A DNA stretch of 64,000 bases from Octopus vulgaris (lineage: Eukaryota), in contig OX597833.1 of the NCBI GenBank assembly GCA_951406725.2, positions 25,668,001 to 25,732,000 of the forward strand. The letters are read 5' to 3'. This document shows, in pieces, positions 1 to 13,379 of this stretch. The position numbers and the translations under genes were made by a program. Positions within the stretch are counted from its first letter, which is position 1. Every line of letters begins with the position of its first letter. The notes beneath the pieces were generated by a model, which did no database searches, was not told the DNA's origin, and worked only from the letters and a program-made list of their open reading frames with translations.

Positions 1-329
1 GATTATCTCCCTTATTACAGTGTAGCACCAAAAATTATTTGAATTTGTTTTCGAGTCCCAACGCAACAATAAAAATCATGCAAATAACTTTAAAATAAGC
101 GACAAAGGATAAGATGAGAGAAAATACTTATTACAGGACGGAATGAAAAAGCTGTATATGTAATCATAGCTGGCCATTCTAGACAGAGCAGATTGATATT
201 ATTAATATTTCTCTTGCCCTTTTATAAAATATTAGAATCAATGCGTAAAAGCGAATATGAAAGATGGTATACAGAATGAGATGCAAAAATAATAGTATTT
301 TGGGCCAAATACTTCATCCACGTATGAGG

Positions 330-2200
330 AAAGATGATGGCATGCACACACTGTTACATGGATACGTTGCCTGTTACTGATATCATTTGCCGTTGACTTA
401 GCTTTTCTGTGATGTAAATTTTCCATTTGCTACATCGACCACTATAATTATTTGTACTCGGAATGATATTGCATTTTATAAGCGGGTTTTTCCATGCTCC
501 ATATGAATAAAAACAGTAAAGTACTATAGTTCTGTTTCTAAACGAGATAGTGTGTTGTACAAATCTGTTCTTCAAGGTATTCCTTGCTAATCCAATGCAC
601 ATACATAATGTTCTGTCATAAACGACTGTTGACTGCAATAGTTCATTCAAGCATCATTGTGGAAATATCTCACCCATGCTTTGTGGTTTAATATTTGCAT
701 AACTATGTTGAATAGGCAACAGTAGCTAACATTTTAATACATATATGTTAAAGATTTTATAGTATCTATGTGCTGATGGAAAGCGATTATCGATTACTAA
801 GTTAAATCTTGCTAATGCAACATCATAACGGACGGCATTTCTGTTAAGAGTGTTTTTATTCTGAGGAAAAGTTACTAAATACATTGTTTAATATTACTAG
901 TGAGTTGTTTAATGGATTTGTTAAATGGTGAGATATATTTACAGAGATAATTTATTCATTAAGGGTGTGAAAAGGACAATATTTACCTGTAGGAAGCGTC
1001 GGTTTTATGTCTATGCAGCTAACTATTTCGAGTTTGTTTTGAACAGTAATTTTCAGGTTAAGATATGCAAATATGTTTATAGGCTCTTCCCAATATTATC
1101 TGTATCCTATACGTTTCTGTTGTGCACTTCTCCAGATACTTGCATCAGCATAATCCTATGTTACATCGTTAAATTCCTGATTAAGAACGAATAAGCCTAA
1201 TAGAGCTGCAACTTTCGACACATCGTTGCTTTTCATTGAAACATCAAAGATTTCGTTAGCATTTTTATTCATCAATTTTTTTTTCAATGGACAATCATCA
1301 ATAATAATAAGGTTGTTTTTTCTTTGGTATTCATAGTTATGCTAATGTCGGAGCTGTCGATTGTGGCTTACTGCATGTTGAATGCAAGGGCATAAATCAC
1401 GAGATCTTTCAAATGTGAAGGTTTCATATTCTATAGGATCAAACTCTATGCAAGTACAAGTGGGGTTTTTATTTATATGCTTAACACTTTCAATGGTGGT
1501 GCAGTTGTAAATCTATTGAAGCAATTTGGAAACGGCTCTTATTTGTAGAATAACCTCATCTTTTGATTCTTCTATACCTGATATCTATAGCAAAATTTGT
1601 GGATTTTATTAATCTAGGGTGAACTGACCTTGTAATTTTTCAGTATCACAATTCTTTTGCAAGAGTTGAAGCTTTATACAGGTTTGTTTATTGTTCAGAT
1701 TGAAAGTCAAGTCATTTGTCTTGTCATTAATAATACTGGATATTCTAGGACTATTCTTTCCTTTTACATCGTGATGTAACCTCCAAATAGTTTATTGTAT
1801 GAACTTCACTCTCCATCGTATGAGGGTTATTCTTATGTCAGTTTTTATATTGCCGTTGGGAGTGTTTGGGAAGGTATGTAGTAATATTGGAGCTATTTTT
1901 GAATTAAAGATTTTGTGTAATATCATATGATCTTGAAATCTGTCTAGTTCTTATATGTGTGAGAGGTTTTTACAAGATTTAAAATCAAATTGTTCTCTGT
2001 TTAGGAAATCGACATAGTCTTAGCAAAGACAAAAGTCTTCTATTTATACTACTTAGTACCTCTATTATTCTTTATTCGATGGACCCTCCTAATGTAAAGT
2101 TTCCAATTTGGAGTAGGGTTGTTGTTTTTCAGGGGCGTTGTGTTTTCAGTTTTCTTGAAGTTTTATTAATATTCGTTCTTGGTTCGTCTTTCTTGCTTGA
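330..2200 (-). mobile_element. Highly decayed Penelope-like retroelement (RT + GIY-YIG endonuclease remnants)
   Basis: Minus-strand translation near 1180-1260 gives ANEIFDVSMKSNDVSKVAALLGLFVLNQ (cf. PLE [24 protein letters not shown]). Near 960-1065 it gives LNLKITVQNKLEIVSCIDIKPTLPTGKYCPF (cf. LKITVEANLKIVNFLDVTLNL..GKY.PY). ORF 354-650 CIGLARNTLKNRFVQHTISFRN...IKCNII..NYSGRCSK..ITEKL resembles the PLE GIY-YIG domain. Many stops and frameshifts; boundaries approximate. Confidence 0.75.
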
Positions 2201-5200
2201 CCAATCTGCAAAATATTGTGGACCAATTACATTTGCAGGGAAATGAATGACTACTCAGCACCAGAAACAGGTCTAAACAACTATTGTTAATAGAATTTAT
2301 GTTATGTTTATAGCCTGTATTATATAATGTCATCTTTAATTTTGGTTACTGAATGGATAACATTTGGTTTCTAAATGTACCGTTAAATCTAACAAGTAAC
2401 AACATGTAAGATCCTATCATATCATTTAGCATTTAGTTGTAAATCCTTAAATGATCCAACGATATTTCTCTGAAACAATCCAAGTGTGTTTCCAACATAT
2501 TACACGTAATTGTATAACGATGAACCAATCATTCCTATACGAAACACATTGAAAATTTTGAAGGCATTGAATATAAATATATACATTAAGCATAAAATGT
2601 CAAGACATAAACACACAGCTTTCGACAAAATTTAGACCATCTGCTGCAAACTTGGTAATGGAACCAGTGAATTGTCATAAAACTATTGCTTTTTGAAATA
2701 AAGATTTATGTATCAAAGAGAAAAATACAAAGATATGTAAGAGAAATCATAAACATTGCTTTTGTTAATGCCATTAACCCAATTATTAATAGATACGATG
2801 TTATTATATCATGGTTAAACGTCTGTTTGTTTAAGTTTAATTATTATCGTGTTTATGATGTTTTAACTAATTCTTTCTGTTGGATTTATTGTTGAAATAA
2901 TAATAAAATTATTTTCTTCTTAAATGTAATATGAATTTTACGTAATCATTTATTTATCTATTTCTAGTTTGGAAGCTATTTGTTTCACTTTTAAAATAAT
3001 AGAATTTACTCTTTGCCACAAAGCAGTAATTAGAGAATTTGTTTTTTAATGTAGTGTTTTCAAAGGAAAGCAATTATATTCTTGTATACATAATTATCTT
3101 AATATCAGAATCACTTATTGGAATATAATTGTTAGCGAATCAAAACTAGTGATTTATGGAGCAAACATTTATTTATCTAAGTTTAAAATCCGATGATATC
3201 AAACGGAGTGAATTTTATAGACATTCCTACACGAATGCTAATAAGCCAATTAATATTGATATGCTATTTTATAAAGTTACATGGACTGCCCAATCTACAT
3301 TATTGTCTTCAACTAGGTTTGCGATACAAAGAAGTGTCTCTTTATTCTAGAGTTCTATTCTAAAATTTTCTAGAAATAGTTTTAAATTTCACCTTTTTAA
3401 TTAACTTGAAAACCTTCAATACGAAATATTCCTTTACCCGATTTCAGGTGGTGTTTATTTTCCTAGGTTTTAAAATCAAATCTGTAAAGCTCAAGTAACT
3501 AGGGCTCATGTTTTAACAAACATGACCCCTACTTATTGCATTCTTTATCCAATTTGCATTTGAATTTTAAATGTTTGGTTTTATGTACTGTTTCATCGAA
3601 GGAATATTTATACTTTTATTGAGAATTATAACGCAATTTGACTTGTTATACAACTGTTTTTGTGTTTACAAAGGAAATTAATAATTCAACGCCAAGAAAG
3701 AAATGAAGTACTTATGTAAGCATTATAGAGAGAAAGAATTCATTACAATAAAATAGAGTACTGTATTAAAATTCATTCACAAATTGCAACGCATTGTTTC
3801 GTATCACATATTCTCAAGAAATAATTGAAATGAAACACATTTTTGTTACATATTTATATATCAAATAAATAACCATTGAAAGAATGATTTGTTTCAAAAG
3901 AAAAGCAAACGCTTTTTCATTGATTTCAAGTGTTCAACATTGTATTATATGAAGATTCGTCGCTAAATCATTGAATATTTAAAAATAGTTTATCAACGAA
4001 TTAGATTCAGATCCTCAAAAATTGTTAGTACATTGTGAGAATATTTCAACAATATTGATCCATTGAGACCAAAATATCTCTGAATACGTATTCAGAATAG
4101 AAGCATTCAGTTGTTTGGAAAAAAAGCACAATTACAACCTAAAATGCTGCACGTTTGATATATTGTAAATGATTTTGAACTTTAAGATATTTTATATATT
4201 AAATATAAAATATGTTACTTAACTTTATATCAGAATGTCAATATTTTTAAAAGCATAAATATACTGTTTATATCTAAATGTTAAAGCATTTTCAGTTAAA
4301 CTGATACGAAGATTTGAACAATTAGCTGTGAATTACAATTTCACAAGTAAAAAAGATAAGATGAGGTTAACAATTTGAGATTTTTACTATAGACTTTTGT
4401 ACATTTCAGCTATTGTTCGAGAATCGGTGATTTGAAAATTAGACTTGTGAATTCTACTATTTAGGCCCCAATAAGCGTATAGCATATTACTCATTCCATT
4501 CAGTTCTCGTTACCTGATCACTAATATAGATATGCATATTTCTTCAGTATTTGTCCTGAAGCAATGGGGCCTTTTAAATTACCGAGTAAACTTACTAAAT
4601 ACTGATCCAGATCTTCGCGTATTTTTTTACAAAGACTGTAGGAATTTCTTGAGAGAAATAATATATGAAAAGCAAGTCTCAAATCCTGCGAAGAAATAAG
4701 ATGCCAAGTATATTCTTCGTAAATGAAGTCACTGATCTTTCTAGATTCTAGGAGTTTCTTCTTAAGATTTAACAATGCCTACTTTAAAAACAAGTCCTTG
4801 GGACCGTATCGCTGTCTAGTAACTTCAATATCGGATATTTTTATCTTAATTAGCAAGGTGAAATTCAAATTTGCAACTAAAATAATCAATTTTAAATTAA
4901 AATTCTTAGCGACATTTTGTCTCGCAGACAAATAAATAAATAAATAAATTATAAAAAACAATAAATATAAAAAATTGTATCAATTAATATTAACATTTAT
5001 AACAGGTTTTCCTTTATTAGTCTTACTAATACATTAAAAAAATAATAATCAAATTACATAAAATTCCATTAATTTAGAAACTAATAAAATATGCACCGTA
5101 TTAATTAACAGGCTAATATATGATAGTTTTGAATGTGAAATAATTACGTAGACATTATGTAAAATCGAATGTCCACAAGCATCATGTTACTATTATTCCT

Positions 5201-5205
5201 ATATT

Positions 5206-5462
5206 CTGCGAGCTGGCAGAATCGTAAGCACGCTGAACGAAATGCTTAGCGTTATTACGCCCGTCGCCACGTTCTGAGTTTAAATTCCACCGAGGACACT
5301 TTGGCTTTCATCCATTCGAGGTCGATAAATTAAGCACTAGTGAAACACTGGAATCAATATAATCAAGTAATCCCTTTCCCTACAGATTTCATGCTTTCTA
5401 ACTTTAGTAGTAAAGATCCTCCTGGCCGAACTTTGCTGGCCTTGTGCCAAACTTTGAAACCA
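5206..5462 (+). mobile_element. SINE family A copy (tRNA-like head, GCCTTTCATCCTTTCGGGGTCGATAAA central motif), diverged
   Basis: gcgagctggcagaatcg...gttctgagtttaaattcc...ctttcatccattcgaggtcgataaattaag matches the copies at 13978, 42720 and 60170. Confidence 0.75.
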
Positions 5463-5478
5463 AGTGTTGGTGGTGGAG

Positions 5479-5571
<93 letters not shown>

Positions 5572-5745
5572 AAGGGCTTTCCTCAGTTTCCGACTACCAA
5601 ATCCACCCACAAGGCTTTCTTCGGCCCAAGACTATAGTAGAAGACACTCGCCGAAGTTGCCATGCAGTGGAACTGAACCTGAAACCATGAGGCTAGGAAG
5701 CAAGCTTCTTACCTTACAGCCCACCTGGCTCCGGGTTCAGTCCCA
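5572..5745 (-). mobile_element. SINE family B 5' fragment
   Basis: Reverse complement of the head of the full copy at 16603 (ggctgt..gtaagaagcttgctt...ggttcagttccactgc...gtgtcttctactatag). Confidence 0.7.
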
Positions 5746-6202
5746 TATGTGTATGACTACTTTACTAAATGTGTCTCTTTTTTGCAAAAACACGTTTTAT
5801 TGGAGTGAAATATAGCCATTGTTTCTGGCAGATCAAGTTACCAACTCGAATCAGTGACGCTGATATGTGTCCCTGCTATTCAATATTGTTTATTTAGTAA
5901 CTTCCCTGAAAGGAAGCAGTAGAAATTATTGGAGAACTAAAAATCTTATATTACCATTGACAAAATACCTTTAAGTGGACTTATATTTTCTGACAAGCTA
6001 GATTTTTTTCTATATCAGATAGGATATTGTTCAACACTTATGGGTAATCGAAACCTAAAAATATTTGCCGTTGTTAATAGTTTGCTTTCGCATGGAAAGC
6101 CACTTCATTTTCAAAAGCCGACAAGAAAGCTACATATTGCATGAAAACAGGCTCTAGAAAATATACTTTAACATACACTGCTGTGCCACCTTATTAAGCA
6201 AT

Positions 6203-6306
6203 GGTAGTGTGCCCGAGCGGGCATCAGTCTACTGATTTTGGCATTTTGGCATCAGTTTAAGACATCAGTCTACTCGGAGGGGTGGGTTCGAATCCCACCG
6301 CTGTCA
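6203..6306 (+). pseudogene. tRNA-Leu(AAG)-derived pseudogene with an insertion after the D-arm
   Basis: GGTAGTGTGCCCGAGCGG...GGCATCAGTTTAAGACATCAGTCTACTCGGAGGGGTGGGTTCGAATCCCACCGCTGTCA closely follows eukaryotic tRNA-Leu (A box, long variable arm, GTTCGAATC B box, acceptor stem). About 20 extra nt and a mispaired anticodon stem. Confidence 0.8.
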
Positions 6307-6326
6307 GGGTAGTTTTTCGAAGGGTA

Positions 6327-7077
6327 AATGTGGTAAGAAGCTTGCTTCTGAATCACGTGATTCCGGATTCAGCCCCACTGTGTGGAATTTGGGGTATGAG
6401 TCTTCTAATGTACAGTAGGTCTACCAAAGTGTTGTTAAAGGATTATGTAGACAGACACTGAAAAGAAGCCCGTCAAACATATATATATATATATATATAT
6501 AATATCTATAAAAGGGAGGATGTGTGTGCGTGTGTGTGTGTGTACCTGATTGTAATTTATGCACGTCCACAAATTAGCACGCATGTCGCTCCAATTTTAG
6601 GAGGACATTTGTCAACATTCTATCTGGGTTTTGTCAACTTATTTTTTTCCCCGAGGCATCCGTGGGTAGCGTAAATATCTATTTTCAGACATAGCTTTTA
6701 GCCACGAAAAATATCAGCCTTAGCTTTTTGGATGGCATATAAGAAAAAAATAAGATAAAGAAAAGTGGAAGAAGGAGGCAGAGTGTTTCACGGGAAAGAC
6801 AAAATGAGAGAGGGAGAGAAAAAGAGAGAGTAAGTTATGACGTTCATAAAAAATAAAATGTAAAATGTTTTGTTTTTTGTTTTTGAAAAACACTATATTT
6901 TATAATTATAGTATATATACTTTAGTGAAAATCGTGCGAGTATTAATCTACAAATTTAACAACTTTTTCCATTCATTTCTGTTTATGAACATGTATGCGT
7001 GCACAAAACATGCAATAGGTGTACGTATGTACGTGTGTGCATGTGTGTTCGTGTCTGTTGCCCATATATATTTATAT

Positions 7078-7147
<70 letters not shown>

Positions 7148-7520
7148 ACTAATTTCAACGGATTTCGCCCAAATTTGACGTCTATATTACTTAGTTTGGT
7201 TTGAAATAAAAAAGTTGATTAGCTTAATAATCGTAACTTAAACCCGGGCAAGGCCGGGTTATACTGCTAGTATATATATATATACATATATATTATTGTA
7301 TAGTGATATAAACATGTACGTGAGTCATTGTGTTTTTCTCGCACCACCGCTTGACAACCGGTTCTGGTTTGCTTACTTCCTCATATCATAGCGGCTCGGA
7401 TAACAGAGACAAACAGAATAAGTATCACCAGGCTTTATGAAAATAAGTACATTTGTTCTGCTCAAACTTTTAAGATAGTGACCCAGCATGGCCGCTGTCT
7501 AATGACAAACAAGTAAATGT
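6327..7520 (+). mobile_element. Diverged SINE family B copy split by a Helitron in its internal (TA)n tract
   Basis: 5' half 6327-6480 (gtggtaagaagcttgcttc...gaaaagaagcccgtc) and 3' half about 7325-7520 (ccaccgcttgacaaccgg...cccagcatggccgc...aacaagtaaa) are collinear with the copy at 16603-17016. Confidence 0.65.
6505..7270 (+). mobile_element. Non-autonomous Helitron
   Basis: Begins TC after A6504. Ends with hairpin AACCCGG-gcaagg-CCGGGTT (7241-7260), then CTAG (7267-7270), then T. No TSD. These are canonical Helitron termini. Confidence 0.75.
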
Positions 7521-7799
7521 ACAAAGACAACGCATTTAATAAGATGATCCTAATTATATCATGTCTAAATAAAATACATGGGATCATATGAAACACCTTT
7601 GTTCCTATGTCTGCTGAACCAACTAAAAAGTAGTAAAATGCCGCTAAAGTGTCTCATGGAATTTATTTGCTTTTGTTTTATATCCTTTCTAAGTTGAGTA
7701 TTTTCCTTTACGTTCAAAGGGTTCTTTTTCAATCATTTCCGTGTGTCTGTGACGAATATTAAAGAAAAACTATATATTTAAATGAACTGGTTTCAAATA

Positions 7800-7952
7800 T
7801 TTGTACAAGGCCAGTAACTGGTATTTATTTCATAGAGCCCGAAAGGATGAAAGGCAAAGTTGACCTCGGAGGATTTTGAATTCAGAACATAGACTGGCGA
7901 AATGCCGCTAAGCATTTTACTCAGCAGGCTAACGATTCTGCCAGCTCGCTGC
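7800..7952 (-). mobile_element. SINE family A copy
   Basis: gaaaggatgaaaggcaaagttgacctcgg...acgattctgccagctcgc is the reverse complement of the family A head. Confidence 0.75.
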
Positions 7953-8795
7953 CTTTGTATATTTAAATAGATTAAAGACACAAAATTTTGAGATAAGCAT
8001 TATAGACAGTTTTTGTGGATTTAGTTTCTCTCTATATTGTGAGTAGATTGGGAATTACAGGGAAATACAGGGAAATTTATATAGAATGTAGCAGATTCAA
8101 AGTTTGTGTTTAAACTGACCTAGAAATAGGGAGTGTTTGGTCAAATTGAAAACAGGGAGAGAGGAATGACAAAGAAAGAAAGAAAAAAAGAGAGAAAAGA
8201 GGAGAGAAAGAAAGAATTAAAGAGAAAGAAGAAAGAAGATAAGTAAAAACAAAAATAAATAATAGAACCCCTGAAGGTATGAATAGAGAGAATAAGGAAA
8301 AGAAAAAAGAAAAATTAAGATATAGGTTGGTCAGTGGTCAGTGGAGGTAGTTTGAAAGTAGGAGTGGGGATAGAGAGAGAAAGGTATTATAGTATAAATG
8401 ATAGAGTAATGGAGTGTGGGTTAAGAGGTAGAGAAAGTACTAAGTGTAGTAGTAGCTATTAATTGCGAGGCAAATATATGAAGAATTAAGAATTAAGGAA
8501 ATAGTAGTGATAATTATTCTGAGAAAATATTTATGTGAAGATGTATATACATGTATATCAGATAAGTTATAGAGATGTTACAAATACAAGCTTCGTGTAT
8601 CATCTTTTCTACATGTGCAGTTATCTAAATTTTGCATGTGTATAAATGTTTACATATACCCACATGCATACCCTCACTCGTACGTATATACGCGCGTATG
8701 GGCGTGTACGTGTATATATGTAAACGAATATAATCAGATGGTTGCATATGAGAGTAACTAGATATGAGTGTAAATTTATTGGTTAATGGGATTAC

Positions 8796-9060
8796 CTAAG
8801 AATTAAAGCGGAAATTGACCGTATGGTCATTTTGGCATTTGGATTTGTGATAGAATTTAAATGTGTGATAAAAGCGATGGTTGCATGCCTCGTTATGTTT
8901 ATTAAGCAGTGTTGGAGAGTTCTGCTTTAATATTTGAAGTGCCACCTTCAGACAAAGCTTGCAGATTGAGCGTTGACCTCGGTAGGGAAGTCCTGAGTCT
9001 ATTATGGACCATGATATAGTATAGGGTATATTTGCATATAGCACTTATTCAGCATTATCT
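8796..9060 (-). mobile_element. Penelope-like element 3' fragment (C-terminus of GIY-YIG endonuclease)
   Basis: ORF 8796-9044 ISWSIIDSGLPYRGQRSICKLCLKVALQILKQNSPTLLNKHNEACNH matches the PLE I.WSII...PY....C.LCL.EK..I....LLNKR.E..CRH pattern. Confidence 0.7.
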
Positions 9061-9123
9061 GACACTTTTGGGTCTCAATGACACCCTTATCTCTCTCATA
9101 TATATATATATATAAAAAAAAAA

Positions 9124-10161
9124 AAACACAAACTGGGACAAGAACGTGAAACATTTTGAAGACGACAAAAAAACACACAAACGGGACTTTCGAAACTATC
9201 AGTCATCAGTCAAGAACCAGATCATCTTCGCAATTTCGGCTGATTAATCTTGAGATTGCTCCAATCTGGGCAGCCCGCCAAGGGAAATCTAAGCCAATCG
9301 CATTAGATTCCTTGGAAGAAAACCTCGAAAGTATACAACACGGTGACGGAAAAACGGACGATGTTACTCGAAAAAAATTCAAAAATACGTAAAGACAATA
9401 ACGATAGCACGGATAAGAATACAAAATAACGTAAAAACAATAATAACAAAACCAGGACGTCAGGACAAGCGTCTTTCGACAGGACGAGTTGGTTATAGGC
9501 TGGCTGTGGAACAAGTGCCTGAAGGCAAACGGAGCACAAACAAATACGTGTTGTCACACTAACTACTTGATGCGAAAAGGCAGTAGTAGCTGGCTGGTCA
9601 CGTGAGCACAAAAAGGAGAAAGGGACAGATGAAGAGAGAAGCAAGAGAGGGAAAGGGACAGGTCAAGTAGGGTATAAGGTCTGAGAGGCAGAGAAATGTG
9701 GGAGAGGAGGGTCGGAGGAAGAGAGAAAGAAAGAAGGGGAACAAGGGAGGAGAAGAAAAAGAGGGAAAGAGACAGAACAAGGGGAGTGCAAAGGGTGAAG
9801 GCAGAGAAAAGTAGGAGAGGGGGGGAAAAGAGACAGTGTAGTCGAGTCGTACCAATGTTAGAGAGTAATATACTTACAGTATAGGGTCAAAAGGTAGGAT
9901 ACGTAGCCGCCATGTATATATGTAAACGTTAAAAAAAAAAAAAATAAAAATAACACAAACTGGGACAAGAACGTGAAACATTTTGAAGACGACAAAAAAA
10001 CACACAGACGGGACTTTCGAAGCTCTCAGTCATCAGTCAAGAACCAGATCATCTTCGCAATTTCGGCTGATTAATCTTGAGATTGCTCCAATCTGGGCAG
10101 CCCGCCAAGGGAAATCTAAGCCAATCGCATTAGATTCCTTGGAAGAAAACCTCGAAAGTAT

Positions 10162-10167
<6 letters not shown>
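9124..10167. repeat. Partial tandem: ~217-bp direct repeats (9124-9340, 9952-10167) around a ~610-bp body, flanked by (TA)n; pLTR-like architecture
   Basis: The two copies are nearly identical (duplicate ORFs 9156 and 9983). No coding capacity recognised. Confidence 0.8.
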
Positions 10168-10212
<45 letters not shown>

Positions 10213-10228
10213 ACGGAGATGTACTTGA

Positions 10229-10508
10229 ATTGCAGCGTGGAAGGTGTTTATAAGCCATTTCAGAAACACACAAAAACCGTTAGATTCACTTCAACATTTA
10301 AATTTAATTTGTCAAAATATTTTCGTCACTTTTCAACCGCAACCTGTTTGCTGACAAAATTCCGAGATGCAGCATGGAATTTTGTCAGTGAACAGGTCGC
10401 GGTCTCAGCGACGAAAATATTTTGACAAATTAAATTTAAATGTTGAAGTGAATCTAACGGTTTTTGTGTGTTTCTGAAATGGCTTATGAACACCTTCCGC
10501 GCTGCAAT
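10229..10508. repeat. Fold-back inverted repeat (~135-bp arms, 12-nt spacer)
   Basis: 10229-10363 is the near reverse complement of 10376-10508. Confidence 0.9.
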
Positions 10509-10529
10509 ATGCTATCTCATTTTTTTTTA

Positions 10530-10702
10530 AGGCGGCGAAGTGGCAGAATCGTTAGCACGTCGGGAAAAATGCCGCCGATGTCGACTTTGCTTTTCCTCAT
10601 TTCAAGGTCGATAAAATAAGTGCCAGTTGAGAGCTGGGGATCGATATAATTAACCAGTCGTTTTCCGAAGGACTACTGGCCTTGTGCCAGAATTTGAAAC
10701 CA
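10530..10702 (+). mobile_element. SINE family A copy, internally deleted
   Basis: aggcggcgaagtggcagaatcgttagcacg...gtcgactttgc...gtcgataaaataag. Confidence 0.7.
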
Positions 10703-10771
10703 ATATGTTATCTCATTTTCACTCTGCCTCTCCGTCTGTCTCTCTGTCTGTTTCTCTCTCTCTCTTTCTCG

Positions 10772-10814
<43 letters not shown>

Positions 10815-11859
10815 GGTTTTTATATGTATGTATCGAGATCCATATATCAAACCCATATATCCTTTAAGCATGACAAGTGTTGTAACATTGCACTTTGAAT
10901 TTCTTATTCATGCCAGAAACGTATTTCTTACCAGCGAGAATTGAATATTGTTGACGTCATAAGAATTCATAAAATTGAGAGAATGTGAAATAATATTTTC
11001 TTGAACGGTGCATCTGGAAGCGGATAAGGCTATAAATAATAGCGTATAAATATGCCGTTTGGGTAGAAAAAGGCGAAGGGTGTCCGTGGGAGTCAAATCC
11101 ACATTACCTATATACAAGAACGATGTTGATTTTAAATGCAGAATGGAAGGTTTGCTTTGGTCGAGAGGCAAAGCGCTTGTAGTGCTTAGAGAAGATGTGG
11201 GTTTTAATCCAACGAGCAGTCTTCCATTATTCTGTCCAAAGGCTCTTCTTTTACATAGACAAGTTAACATTGGTTGTCGACACAAAACCAAACAATCAAC
11301 CCACTCTCACACATACACATACGTATACATATGTATGCATGTTTTACCTTTGTGTTTTATCTAAGTTCGTCTTGAGAGAATTCAAACCGAGCGCTAACAG
11401 AGAGACAAGGCTTCTGGGGTTAAGAGAGTTCCCAGTGTTTGTAAATATGTGGTTGAGTTGGTGTGTTGGTTGAACTGTCGATGCATCCACCCAAGTGTGT
11501 GCATCTATTCACATAAGACTCGGATGAAGAGTTTTTGGAGTATCATACAAATCCTCACTGTGCCCCGAATAGTTTTGATTTGGAGAATATGTGTCAGTTT
11601 CTTTGCTCTTTCTCCGTGACGCCGAGTATTCCAAGGTTTTTGTGCAAACTTGTTGGTACATAACCTTATGCTCCAATGAAGGGAGGTACAAGTGAGAATG
11701 TAAGTGCGCATGCATTTATGTGCGTTATGTATGTATGAAGGTCTTCTCTTTGGTTTCCATCTACCAAATATTTCACAAGGATTTAATCGATCAAAAGTAT
11801 AGAAGACACATGCGCTAGGTGCCATGCAGTGGGAGTTGACCTAAAATCATGCTTATAAT

Positions 11860-12258
11860 AACATTTCTACTCTAGGCTTGAGGCTGGAAATTTGGGGGAG
11901 GGGACTAGACGATTACATCAACCCCAGCTCTTGACTGGTACTTATTTCATCAACCCCGAAAGGATGAAAGGCAAAGTCGACCTTGGTGGAATTTGAACTC
12001 AGAATGTAGCAACTGACGAAATACCTATTTCTTTACTACCCACAAGGGGCTAAACACAGAGGTGACAAACAAGGACAGACAAACGAATTAAGTCGATTAT
12101 ATCGACCGCAGTGCGTAACTAGTACTTAATTTATCGACACCGAAAGGATGAAAGGCAAAGTCGACCTCGGCGGAACTTGAACTCAGAACGTAACGGCAGA
12201 CGAAATACAACTAAGTATTTCGTCCGGTGTGCTGACGATTCTGCCAGCCCGCCGCCTT
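11860..12258 (-). mobile_element. SINE family A with internally duplicated central module
   Basis: The block gaaaggatgaaaggcaaagtcgacc...gaactcagaa occurs twice; the head ends at ccagcccgccgcctt. Confidence 0.8.
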
Positions 12259-12590
12259 ATCACTACCTGTCGACGCACTTACATTTTCTGTGAGTATGTG
12301 CCTGGTCAACAGAGACGAGCACAAACTATGTAAAGTTAAAATAGCATTGCCTTAGAAAATAATGCATTCAATTAAAAGTGGACATTTTCTTTTTCAGAGA
12401 AGTGGAGTTTTCGAGATGATTTTAAACATTAATATAGTTTTATTATCTTTGACAGGCATTATATGTGAGAGTGTTTGCATGTGTAAAAGTGTATATGTAT
12501 GAATATATGTATATGTATATATCATTAGACATGTAGTTTATATAACTATATTTCTAAATATGTGTATACATACACATTCATATATGTATG

Positions 12591-12622
<32 letters not shown>

Positions 12623-13296
12623 CACTCACACAAACAAACACACACACAAACACACACATACACACACATATATATGTATGTATATATTATAAACATACAC
12701 ATGCATGCGCATATATAAATATAATCATACATGTTCATTTTATTTATATATGTATATATATATATTATTTCCTATACTTATATTATTATACAAACAGAAG
12801 TATGCATGTAATATATTCGCATATACATACAGTACATACATGGATAAACATACAGACGTATGTAATCATAAATGTATATATAAATGTACATATATCTGTG
12901 TGTGTATCTGTATGTATATGACGATATATGTGTGTATATGTGTGTGCGTGTCTGTATGTGTGTGTGTGTGTTATAAATTTCCAATTTTGCATCTGAAGTA
13001 ATTGAAGTTAACTCAAGTTGGAAGCTTTTAACAATTCCACACAAGAATAACCTTTATTTCTTTTGTTGTTGCTTATAGATATAGCAAAACAATGAAGCAT
13101 TATACATTGCGAATCATTATGTTATGGAAATAATTATAAAATTATAAGTGTTTGTTGAAAAATAATGTAATGGAGTCATTACTTGTGACAGCCTGTTTTC
13201 ATGGACATTCTACGTTTAAAATAAAACGTTTTTATGTTTTTCTATATTTTATTTATTTCTTCGAAAAAAAGAAAATAAAGATCACCATGATCATCT

Positions 13297-13379
<83 letters not shown>

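Noticed and set aside
2400-4950. Possible ancient hAT transposase remnant or host exons in microsatellite-free AT-rich DNA
   Set aside because: Only faint motif resemblance, with no TIRs and no sustained reading frame. A translated profile search would be needed.
9185-9215. CUGAUGA...GAAAGUC hammerhead-like string on the minus strand (also near 10015-10040)
   Set aside because: No convincing stem I, II or III pairing.
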